Source: Thermococcus sp. JdFR-02
Lineage (GTDB): Archaea; Methanobacteriota_B; Thermococci; Thermococcales; Thermococcaceae
DNA: 14,057 nt
Assembly: GCA_002009975.1 (NCBI GenBank)
Contig: MTLP01000018.1
Span: 1 to 14,057 of the forward strand
Direction of reading: 5' to 3'
Under the pieces are notes generated by a model that was not told the DNA's origin, did not search any database, and worked only from the letters and a program-made list of their open reading frames with translations. This document shows, piece after piece, positions 1 to 7,396 of this stretch (the stretch's first letter is position 1; each line of letters begins with the position of its first letter). Made by a program: the position numbers and the translations under genes.

Positions 1-25
1 AGGCCACCACTATTACCCTAGTCAT
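1..25 (-). CDS. 5' end of a gene running off the left edge, MTRVIVVA(S?)...; resembles the N-terminus of MinD/ParA-family ATPases
   Basis: Minus-strand ATG at 25-23 overlaps the pgk stop and is preceded by GAGGGG. Only 8 codons are visible; a hydrophobic strand ending in VA-S typically precedes the deviant Walker A (SGKGGxGKT) of MinD-like proteins, but that motif lies outside the window. Confidence 0.4.
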
Positions 26-1241
26 AGCCCCTCGCTTCCCTGAGCACTTCTATACCAGGGAGCTTTTCTCCAGCTAAGAAGAGAAGCATCGCCTTGCCGC
101 CGGTGCTTATGAAGGATATCTTTTCCCTCAGCCCCTGCTTCGCTGCTATAGCAGCGAGGTGTCCCCCGCCTATTACTGTAAAGCCCTTGCACCTCGCCAT
201 AGCTTTCAGTAGCTCCTGGCTTCCCAGGGCAAACTCCTTTATCTCAAAAACCCCTGCCGGACCGTTGGCAGCCACTATGGCAGCGTTTTCGATTATTTTC
301 GTATATCTTGCGATGGTATCGATGCCTATGTCCATAATCTTCTGATTGGGGAGATTGTCAACGCTCGTCTCTGCCCGTGAGCCGTCTCTTTTAAAAGCCA
401 GGTCTGTTGGAACCTGAATCTTCTCCCCGTACTTTTCCAGAAGCTTCTTTGCCTTCTCTACAAGCGTGTCAAATCCCCTCTCCTTCACCACCCTAAGATT
501 AACCTCGCCTATGTCCTTACCCTGCGCGAGGAGAAACACATTCGCGACCATTCCTGAGGTGAGTATAATATCAGCTATGCCACGACTCAAAAGCTTCTCC
601 ATAACCTTCAAGGAGTCTTTCGCCTTGGCTCCGCCAAAGCTGAAAACCTTGGGCTCAGCGTCACTCTTCAAAACCCTGCTCAGATTTTCCACCTCTTTTT
701 CGAGGAGCCTTCCAGCATAGCTGGGGAGAACCACTGGAAAGGCAACAACGCTTGGCTGCGAGCGGTGCGCAACTGCGAAGGCATCGTTGACGTACGCGTC
801 AACGTATGAGGAAAGCTTCCTCACTAAGTTTGTCTTCGCCTGAGCTTCCGGAGGCTTTGATTTAACCTCCTCTGCCACCTCCTCACTGCAGAAGCGAACG
901 TTCTCCAGCATGAGCACCTCGCCGCTCTTCAGGCGGAATATCTCCTCCCTCGCAGCTTTACCAAAGACGTCATCAATGTAGCGCACCTCCTTGCCCAGAA
1001 GCTTCGCGAGGCGCTGCGAGTGTGCCTCTAGTGTAGTGAAATCCTCAAGTCCCGGACGGCTCTGGTGGGCAAGCAGAACCAGCTTCGCATGTGAAAGCTC
1101 TTCTATGGTTGCGATGTGACTCCTTATCCTTGTGTCGTCGAGGATTGCACCGGTGCTCGGCTCAATTGGCGAGTTTATGTCGATGCGCATCAAGACGCGC
1201 TTGTCTTGTAGCTTTGCTCCATCCAGTGTGGGCAGTCCCAA
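18..1241 (-). CDS. pgk: Phosphoglycerate kinase (archaeal type), 407 aa
   Basis: PGK motifs RIDINSP, LAHQSRPG, LENVRF, YVNDAFAVAHRSQPS, FGGAK, ANGPAGVFE, IGGGH, ISTGGKA. TTG start with GGTGAT (1247-1252, minus strand) 5 nt upstream. Confidence 0.97.
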   Translation of the reverse strand: MGLPTLDGAKLQDKRVLMRIDINSPIEPSTGAILDDTRIRSHIATIEELSHAKLVLLAHQSRPGLEDFTTLEAHSQRLAKLLGKEVRYIDDVFGKAAREEIFRLKSGEVLMLENVRFCSEEVAEEVKSKPPEAQAKTNLVRKLSSYVDAYVNDAFAVAHRSQPSVVAFPVVLPSYAGRLLEKEVENLSRVLKSDAEPKVFSFGGAKAKDSLKVMEKLLSRGIADIILTSGMVANVFLLAQGKDIGEVNLRVVKERGFDTLVEKAKKLLEKYGEKIQVPTDLAFKRDGSRAETSVDNLPNQKIMDIGIDTIARYTKIIENAAIVAANGPAGVFEIKEFALGSQELLKAMARCKGFTVIGGGHLAAIAAKQGLREKISFISTGGKAMLLFLAGEKLPGIEVLREARGYD

Positions 1242-1273
1242 CTGAGATCACCAGTGAGATTTCTTCCAGCATC

Positions 1274-1298
1274 GCTATATATATTTTTGGCTTTTTAT
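1274..1298 (-). promoter_or_regulatory. Putative TATA box plus purine-rich BRE for pgk
   Basis: Minus strand reads ATAAAAAGCCAAAAATATATATAGC; the TATA-like element at 1276-1284 is about 35-43 nt upstream of the pgk start. Confidence 0.55.
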
Positions 1299-1345
1299 TG
1301 GAGTCGTTATCTTCGCTGCATGGGGTTGTAAGCGCACACCTATGA

Positions 1346-1366
1346 GGGAGATAAGTTATAAATAAC
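1346..1366 (+). promoter_or_regulatory. Putative BRE/TATA promoter of the pilus ATPase operon
   Basis: GGGAGATAAG-TTATAAATA (TATA at 1356-1364), about 37 nt before the ATG at 1401; SD-like GGCTGAT at 1391-1397. Confidence 0.6.
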
Positions 1367-1400
1367 CCCCGAGTTAGATAATCATTTTAAGGCTGATATC

Positions 1401-4400
1401 ATGCCTTATGACTTCTTTGACTTTGAGAAAAAGAAAAAAGGAAAAGGTAAAGATATTACTGGAATTCTTAGTGGAGCTGCTCAGGGAGAAAGCCCTAAAA
1501 ATAGGTTTGATTTCAAGGTTACACGAGGTGAGGTAGCACACACCCAGCGCTCGATTGGTGGTCTTCTGGACGCTGCGAGGGAGGAGGCTGGCAGCTACCT
1601 AGATAGCTTTGATAAAATTCGCCGAATCGGTGACGAGGTGATCGGAGAGATCCTAGAGGAGGCAAAAGACCACCGTATAGTAAGAAAACCTGGAGAAAAG
1701 TTACCAATATACGTTGTATTTCTGCCGGAATTAACCGAGAAAGACAAAAAGATTTTGAAAGACATTGAACGTCGTGCCGTGGCCGAGATAACCATTGACC
1801 CTGAGAGTTTTCTGGATAGAGAAAAGAGAAGAGAGGCTTTTCTCAAGGAAGTTGTGGCTCTAATTGACCTGAAGTACCCCAATATACCAAAGCACAAGCA
1901 GCACGCCTTCGCCGAGCTGATAGTTCAGAACATGATAGGCTATGGCTTACTGGAGCCGCTGCTCAACGACGATGCCCTTGAAGAGGTAATGGTAGTGGGC
2001 ACCAAAAAACACGTGTACGTGTACCACAGGAAGCACGGAATGTGCAAAACCAACATTGTCTTTGAGAGCGACGCGGAGATTGAGAAGATAATAAATAGGA
2101 TTGCGAGAACCATCGGCAGGAGGGTTGACCTCACCTCTCCGCTGCTCGACGCCCGCCTCCCTGACGGCTCGCGTGTAAATGCCACTATTCGTCCCGTTTC
2201 TCTTGACGGACCTTCCCTTACCATAAGAAAGTTCAGGAAAGACCCCCTCACGGTTGTAGACATAATAAAATTCGGCACCATGACCACTGAGCTAGCGGCC
2301 TTTCTCTGGCTGGTCGCAGAGGGCTATGGCGTAAAGCCTGCAAATTTCCTAGTGAGCGGCGGCACCGGCAGCGGCAAGACGACGACGCTCAACTGCCTGG
2401 GCAGCTTTATACCCCCAGCAGACAGGGTTATCTCAATAGAAGACACGGCGGAGCTTCAGCTACCTCTGGAGCACTGGATTCGCCTCGAAACGAGGCCACC
2501 GAACGTGGAGGGCAAAGGCGAGATAAACATGGAGATGCTGCTGAAGAACACACTGCGTATGCGTCCCGATCGCATCATCGTCGGTGAGGTGCGCGGCGCT
2601 GAGGCGAGAACTCTGCTGGCGGCGATGAACACAGGGCAGAACGGCTGCCTAGGCACGCTGCACGCGAACACAGCGCGAGAGACCATAACCAGGCTCACCT
2701 CTGCGCCAATGAATGTGCCAAAAATAATGATCCCCTCTCTTGACTTCATCTTCATGCAGAACCGCTTCTCCTACAAGGGCAAGACGGTGAGAAGGATAAC
2801 TGAGATCGCCGAGGTTGTTGGAATCGAAAACGGAGAGGTAAAAATAAACATAATCTACGAGTGGGACCCCCGCGATGACACCATAAAGCCCACTGGAGTG
2901 CCCTGCCTTTTAAAGAGCAAAATCGCAGAGCTTCGCGGCGTCTCACTTAAGGATGTGGACGCCGAGATAGAGCGCAGGAAAAAGGTTCTGGAGTACATGG
3001 TCGAGAACAACTTGCGCGGCATTAAGGAGGTGGGGAGGGTAATAAGGGAGTATTACACTAACCCCGAGCAGCTTCTCAAGGAGATTGAGGGGATAGAGTC
3101 TGATAAAGAGGTGGGAGAAGAGGAGGCAAAGAGGCGGAGGCGAAGCTATCTGCTTCTCTTGGGTTCAGAGAAGGGAGACGTAAAGGAGACAGTGCTTGAC
3201 CACAATGCACATCGTAAGATAGTGAAGTTGGAGAATGAGAAAAATCCCCACTACCTCGTGCCCTTACCCAAGCTCTCCTCTCGCGAAAAGCAGCTCCTGG
3301 AGGAGATAGAGAATCGCGCGGTAAAGGAGATAAACATAGACCCGGAAAGCATAACCGACAGAGAGGAGAGAAAGCGAATATTCATGCAGCGTGTTCTCGA
3401 GGTCATAGAGCGCTACTTCCCAGAAGTGCGCATGGCCAAGCGCAAGGACATAGCCAAGCTTGTGGTCAACAACATGGTGGGCTATAGCTTACTTGAGTTT
3501 CTGCTCAGCGACGACCAGCTTGAGGAGATAATGGTCATAGGCACGAAGAAGCCGGTCTATGTTAACCACCGCAATTACGGAAACTGCAAAACAAACATTG
3601 TCTTTGATACAGATGAGGAGATAATAAGAATAATCGAGAAGATCGCTGCATCTGTTGGAAGAAGGATAGACAAATCTTCGCCGCTGCTGGACGCCCGTCT
3701 CAGTGATGGCTCGCGTGTGAACGCAACCATACCCCCAATTTCCCTAGATGGGCCTACAATAACAATAAGAAAGTTCCGCTCGCAGCCTTTGACAGTGGTG
3801 AACCTCATAGAGTTCCGCACCTTGAACATAGAGGTGGCTGCCTACCTGTGGTTGGTGGTGGAAGGGCTGGGGATAAAGCCGGGCAATATTCTCGCCGCCG
3901 GAGGTGCAGGCTGTGGTAAGACAACAACGCTCAACGTGCTGTGTTCCTTCATACCCGAGACTGAGCGTGTAATAACCATTGAAGATACCGCAGAGCTTAC
4001 ACTTCCGATTGAGCATGTAGTTCGCCTCGAGACACGCCCGCCCAACGTTGAGGGTGAGGGCGAGGTTACAATGGACGACTTGGTGAAGAACACGCTACGA
4101 ATGCGTCCTGACCGCATTATTGTGGGCGAGGTTCGCGGACGCGAGGCGAGGACGCTCTTCACTGCCATGAACACTGGTCATGATGGCTGCATGGGCACTG
4201 TGCACGCGAACTCTGCCAAGGAGACCCTGATAAGGCTCACAAACCCGCCCATGGAGGTGCCCGAGATAATGCTCCCCGCCCTCGATTTAATACTCATGCA
4301 GAACAAGATTTACCACGAGGGCAAGACTCTGCGAAGAATAACCGAAGTGGCAGAGGTGGTGAGTGACGATCAGGGAAAGGTGAGCCTCAACAACGTTTAT

Positions 4401-4655
4401 GAGTGGGACCCCAAGAAGGACGACCTGGTAGCGACTGGGCAGCCAAGCGTGCTGAAGCAGAAAATCGCCCGCTTGAAAGGTATTTCCATGAAAGACCTGG
4501 AGGAAGAGCTCAAGCGAAGGGAGAAAGTCTTATCATGGATGGTTGAGAATCATATAACAGACATAAGAGATGTCTCGAAGACATTCAACAGGTACTACTC
4601 AGACCCCGAAGGCTTTCTGCAGGAGATTGAACTTCACAAGAGCATAGGGGAATAA
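1401..4655 (+). CDS. Type IV pilus/Tad assembly ATPase (VirB11/CpaF/TadA family) with two complete ATPase units in tandem, 1084 aa
   Basis: All family motifs occur twice: SPLLDARLxDGSRVNAT, TIRKF, Walker A (GGTGSGKT at 2358-2381; GGAGCGKT at 3900-3923), Asp box IEDTAEL, LRMRPDRIIVGEVRG (Walker B), His box (MNTGQNGCLGTLHAN; MNTGHDGCMGTVHAN), RRITE and YEWDP. Followed by two T2SS-F genes and pilins. Confidence 0.95.
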   Translation: MPYDFFDFEKKKKGKGKDITGILSGAAQGESPKNRFDFKVTRGEVAHTQRSIGGLLDAAREEAGSYLDSFDKIRRIGDEVIGEILEEAKDHRIVRKPGEKLPIYVVFLPELTEKDKKILKDIERRAVAEITIDPESFLDREKRREAFLKEVVALIDLKYPNIPKHKQHAFAELIVQNMIGYGLLEPLLNDDALEEVMVVGTKKHVYVYHRKHGMCKTNIVFESDAEIEKIINRIARTIGRRVDLTSPLLDARLPDGSRVNATIRPVSLDGPSLTIRKFRKDPLTVVDIIKFGTMTTELAAFLWLVAEGYGVKPANFLVSGGTGSGKTTTLNCLGSFIPPADRVISIEDTAELQLPLEHWIRLETRPPNVEGKGEINMEMLLKNTLRMRPDRIIVGEVRGAEARTLLAAMNTGQNGCLGTLHANTARETITRLTSAPMNVPKIMIPSLDFIFMQNRFSYKGKTVRRITEIAEVVGIENGEVKINIIYEWDPRDDTIKPTGVPCLLKSKIAELRGVSLKDVDAEIERRKKVLEYMVENNLRGIKEVGRVIREYYTNPEQLLKEIEGIESDKEVGEEEAKRRRRSYLLLLGSEKGDVKETVLDHNAHRKIVKLENEKNPHYLVPLPKLSSREKQLLEEIENRAVKEINIDPESITDREERKRIFMQRVLEVIERYFPEVRMAKRKDIAKLVVNNMVGYSLLEFLLSDDQLEEIMVIGTKKPVYVNHRNYGNCKTNIVFDTDEEIIRIIEKIAASVGRRIDKSSPLLDARLSDGSRVNATIPPISLDGPTITIRKFRSQPLTVVNLIEFRTLNIEVAAYLWLVVEGLGIKPGNILAAGGAGCGKTTTLNVLCSFIPETERVITIEDTAELTLPIEHVVRLETRPPNVEGEGEVTMDDLVKNTLRMRPDRIIVGEVRGREARTLFTAMNTGHDGCMGTVHANSAKETLIRLTNPPMEVPEIMLPALDLILMQNKIYHEGKTLRRITEVAEVVSDDQGKVSLNNVYEWDPKKDDLVATGQPSVLKQKIARLKGISMKDLEEELKRREKVLSWMVENHITDIRDVSKTFNRYYSDPEGFLQEIELHKSIGE
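1638..4632 (+). repeat. Intragenic tandem duplication: unit 1 ~1638-3090, unit 2 ~3180-4632, period 1542 nt (514 codons)
   Basis: Same 1542-nt offset at the unit start (1638/3180), Walker A (2358/3900), His box (2637/4179) and C-terminal YY (3051/4593). Manual count gives 69/97 identical residues in the LLEPLL...TIRKFR segment. DNA similarity is still visible, e.g. tgcaaaac[c/a]aacattgtctttga and gagtgggacccc. Confidence 0.95.
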
Positions 4656-4656
4656 G

Positions 4657-5793
4657 ATGGCAAATGCAATATTAAGGCTGATAGAAAAAATAGGTGAACT
4701 GACGGTAACCGGTGTAGAGAGCGTAGCCAGGAGAGCCCAGGAGGTATCTCTTGCTCTATCTGAGCAGGAAGAAGCTGCAAAAAAGCTCCGGGAGAAGAAA
4801 GAAAAAGAGAAGGAGGCGAGAAAGCGCGCCATTGAAGAGAAGCTCCTTAAGCTTCGCGAGGCTGTTGCCCTGGAGGAGGAGCTTCCTGGCGAGGAGCCTT
4901 TTGAGATTGTTCCGGAGCGTGAGGAGCTACGCGAACCCTTCGCCACTAGGCTGGTGAACATTGTTTCAGACCTCTTTTCGGGTTATACAAGAGCACCCTC
5001 GTCATTCTTCGCAAATATTCAGGAAGACCTGTACAAGGCGAATATCCTCATGCCAGCATCCAAATACATAGCCTTTGCGATAGGGGCGAGCGTTATTGTT
5101 GCTATTGCCTCCGCGGTGCTCTTCAGCATACTCTTCGCCGCCACTCTCGGCGCTTTGGGCTCGCTCATCGGCATAGTGCTGGGCCCCCTGCTTGGAGTCT
5201 TCGTCTTTTTCTACGCGAGAATCTACCCAAAATCTAAGGTCAAAGCGCGCTCAGATGCCTTTTCAAGGGAACTTCCCTTTGCGCTTAGACACATGGCAAC
5301 GCAACTCACCTCTGGCGCGGGTTTGCTGGAAACAATGCGTAGCGTCGCCCAGAGCGGCTACGGTGTGCTCAGCGAGGAGTTCAGGCGCGCAATACTTGAA
5401 ATAGAGCGCGGCGCAACCATAGAGGAAGCCTACGACAGGATGAACCTGCGCATAGACTCACCCGGACTAAAGAAGGCTTCCCGCCAGATAATTTCAACCC
5501 TGCGAACTGGCGGAAATCTTGCAAACACGCTAAAGATAATTGCCGAGGAAGTTGCAACCGAGATGAGAATGAAGCTTAAAGACTACATACAGATTTTGAA
5601 TACATTCTCGCTGATGTACATGTTTGCACTTGTTGTGGCACCTGTGCTTATAACAACCCTTGTAATAGCCATGGGCATAGCGATGAAGGGGCTTCCAATA
5701 CCTGCGAATGTGATGTGGATACTCTACCTCGCCTTTTTCGGTGTTGGCATCTACATGTCCTTCATGGTCAAACGCTTTGAACCAAAGGTGTGA
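4657..5793 (+). CDS. Type II secretion system F family (TadB/TadC-like) pilus platform membrane protein with a charged N-terminal extension, 378 aa
   Basis: ELPFALRHMATQLTSGAGL...YGVLSEEF...IERG...TGGNLANTL is the T2SS-F pattern; two hydrophobic segments before and two after it; starts 1 nt after the ATPase stop. Confidence 0.92.
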   Translation: MANAILRLIEKIGELTVTGVESVARRAQEVSLALSEQEEAAKKLREKKEKEKEARKRAIEEKLLKLREAVALEEELPGEEPFEIVPEREELREPFATRLVNIVSDLFSGYTRAPSSFFANIQEDLYKANILMPASKYIAFAIGASVIVAIASAVLFSILFAATLGALGSLIGIVLGPLLGVFVFFYARIYPKSKVKARSDAFSRELPFALRHMATQLTSGAGLLETMRSVAQSGYGVLSEEFRRAILEIERGATIEEAYDRMNLRIDSPGLKKASRQIISTLRTGGNLANTLKIIAEEVATEMRMKLKDYIQILNTFSLMYMFALVVAPVLITTLVIAMGIAMKGLPIPANVMWILYLAFFGVGIYMSFMVKRFEPKV

Positions 5794-5795
5794 AA

Positions 5796-6758
5796 ATGGC
5801 AGAGAAAGAAGAAGTTAAGGTTAACAGGCTGCGAAGTATCCTCGAAAAGCTTCGCATTCCCCAGTTTCTCGTTCCCAGGCGATTTCTCATCTCTATGGAG
5901 ATAATGCTTGCAAATGCAAACATCTCTTTCTCTGCCCGTGAGTGGATGGGTATATTCTTCGCCCTCGGAGTTGTGCTTTTTGTGCTAATCTCGCTTATTG
6001 TAAACCTCCCTGCCGGACTTGGGGCATTTATATTCACAGAAGCGCTCATGGTTGCAATACCCAAAATGCAGGCAGACAAGCGAAGGGCAGAGATAGAGGA
6101 GATGCTTCCTGACGCGTTGCACCACATGGCGGTTTCTATCCGCACGGGCTTGGTGCTGGAAGCGGTGATTCAGGAGATTGCAGAGGCAGAGTACGGCGCT
6201 CTCAGCGACGAGTTCGCTCAGATAACCCTTGAGATGCGCAGAGGCAGACCTCTTAAGGATGCGCTTATTGCTTTTTCCAAGCGAACCGGCTCAAAGCAGA
6301 TAGAGCGAGCGATGCGTCTGCTTCTGGAAGGAATAGAAAGCGGTGGCCCAATAAGCGATGTACTTGAGGAAGTGAGCGAGGACATTAGAGCAGTGCGCAT
6401 GATTCAGCGCGAACGCAAGTCTCTGACTTCGCAGCAGGTTTCTTTTCTTGCGATGGCTAGCTTAATGGCAGGGCCCTTCGTGATGGGCGTTGTGGGTGCG
6501 CTGCCAACGATTATGACGCAGGCGATGGCTGGTACAGGTGGAGCGGAGCAGTTTCCACTGGAGGAGATCAACTCCATTATGACAGCGCTCTCTTTCTACG
6601 TTGTGGCTCAAGCTGTAAGCGGGGGGATAATGATGGGAGTTGTTATGTACGGTGATTTTAAAAAAGGATTTAAATTCGCGCTACCGATGGGTGTAGTAGC
6701 ATATATCGTTTTCTGGGGAGTAAAGAGTCTTATGCCCGGGATGCTCGCCGCCTTCTAG
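5796..6758 (+). CDS. Second T2SS-F family (TadC-like) pilus platform membrane protein, ~320 aa
   Basis: LPDALHHMAVSIRTGLVL...YGALSDEF...MRRG...SGGPISDVL motif with flanking TM segments. ATG at 5796 is preferred (GGTG 5 nt upstream); the alternative GTG start at 5790 overlaps the upstream stop. Confidence 0.92.
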   Translation: MAEKEEVKVNRLRSILEKLRIPQFLVPRRFLISMEIMLANANISFSAREWMGIFFALGVVLFVLISLIVNLPAGLGAFIFTEALMVAIPKMQADKRRAEIEEMLPDALHHMAVSIRTGLVLEAVIQEIAEAEYGALSDEFAQITLEMRRGRPLKDALIAFSKRTGSKQIERAMRLLLEGIESGGPISDVLEEVSEDIRAVRMIQRERKSLTSQQVSFLAMASLMAGPFVMGVVGALPTIMTQAMAGTGGAEQFPLEEINSIMTALSFYVVAQAVSGGIMMGVVMYGDFKKGFKFALPMGVVAYIVFWGVKSLMPGMLAAF

Positions 6759-6797
6759 CTGTGCATTACTGTAAACCCAGGATATACATCCACGTAA

Positions 6798-6813
6798 CCG
6801 AGAGTTATATATA
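6798..6813 (+). promoter_or_regulatory. Putative dedicated BRE/TATA promoter for pilin 1
   Basis: CCGAGAG-TTATATATA (TATA at 6805-6813) in the 107-nt gap after the second platform gene; near-perfect SD AGGAGGTG at 6851-6858. Confidence 0.7.
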
Positions 6814-6865
6814 GGCGCAAAACTATAATTTTCTTTAAATCTTGTCCCACAGGAGGTGCCGAAAC

Positions 6866-7075
6866 ATGTTAAAAAAATTTTTAAAAGAGGAAAAGGCTCA
6901 GGGCGCGATTGAGTACATCCTGCTGGCGGGCGGCATTATAGTCGCTGCAGTGGTTATCTTCGTGATATACAAGAATATCGCACAGACTGCTGGAAATAAG
7001 ACTAAGAATACCATCGAGGAGACTGCTACGGTTGTCGGCAATGTGGTAAACAACGAGTTAGCAAACCTTAGCTAG
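6866..7075 (+). CDS. Short archaeal type IV pilin with class III signal peptide (probable major pilin), 69 aa
   Basis: MLKKFLKEEKA|QGAIEYILLAGGIIVAAVVIFVIY: charged leader, K-A at -2/-1, Q+1, E+5 and a hydrophobic helix (QxxxExxxL class III pattern). ATG at 6866 is 7 nt after AGGAGGTG, so the ORF-track start at 6842 is unlikely. Confidence 0.9.
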   Translation: MLKKFLKEEKAQGAIEYILLAGGIIVAAVVIFVIYKNIAQTAGNKTKNTIEETATVVGNVVNNELANLS

Positions 7076-7088
7076 ATTAACTACTACC

Positions 7089-7102
7089 TTTTTTTCTTTT
7101 TT
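7089..7102 (+). terminator. Oligo(T) archaeal intrinsic terminator after pilin 1
   Basis: TTTTTTTCTTTTTT begins 13 nt after the TAG; a further T-rich tract lies at 7111-7120. Confidence 0.65.
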
Positions 7103-7133
7103 GCATGTACTTTTTTATTTCGTAGGGAGGCAA

Positions 7134-7370
7134 ATGGCATCATTTAAAGATTTTATTATAAAGAACATTTACAGTTTTGCTTTGGAAACAAAAGCACAGG
7201 GAGCAGTAGAGTACATACTTATTGCTGGTGCCATTATTGTAGCTGCAATTATATTCATACCAATTTACAAAGAAATAGCAAAAACAACCGCTGAAAAAAC
7301 AAACGAAAGTGTGATTCTCACGGGAAAAGTTACGCAGAACAGTGTAAAGGAGGAGATAGCTAATCTTTGA
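7134..7370 (+). CDS. Second short type IV pilin with class III signal peptide, paralog of pilin 1, 78 aa
   Basis: ...ALETKA|QGAVEYILIAGAIIVAAIIFIPIY; ATG at 7134 follows GGGAGG. The mature part aligns without gaps to pilin 1 (30/57 identical by manual count). Confidence 0.88.
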   Translation: MASFKDFIIKNIYSFALETKAQGAVEYILIAGAIIVAAIIFIPIYKEIAKTTAEKTNESVILTGKVTQNSVKEEIANL

Positions 7371-7396
7371 ATTATGAATAGCTTGTTGACAACTTC

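Noticed and set aside
94-1345. Plus-strand ORFs 94-345, 466-720 and 1091-1345
   Set aside because: Antisense to the well-supported pgk, with no recognisable motifs.
1322-1369. GGGGTT...AACCCC and GTTAT-AA-ATAAC inverted repeats near the ATPase promoter (also GGAT-ATAC-ATCC at 6780-6791)
   Set aside because: Arms of only 4-6 bp, partly explained by the TATA box itself; not distinguishable from chance.
1519-4174. Several antisense ORFs of 60-115 aa inside the ATPase gene, some similar to each other (1940-2287 with 3575-3829; 2456-2755 with 3842-4174)
   Set aside because: Shadow frames; their mutual similarity simply mirrors the sense-strand duplication.
1401-4655. Intein or assembly artefact as the cause of the long ATPase
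   Set aside because: No intein-like insertion interrupts either unit, and the copies differ at about 30% of residues even in a conserved segment, so this is not an identical repeat duplicated by the assembler.
1401-7370. Archaellum (arl/fla) operon interpretation
   Set aside because: No archaellins, ArlH, ArlF/G or single long ArlJ; two separate T2SS-F genes and QxxxE mini-pilins indicate a pilus.
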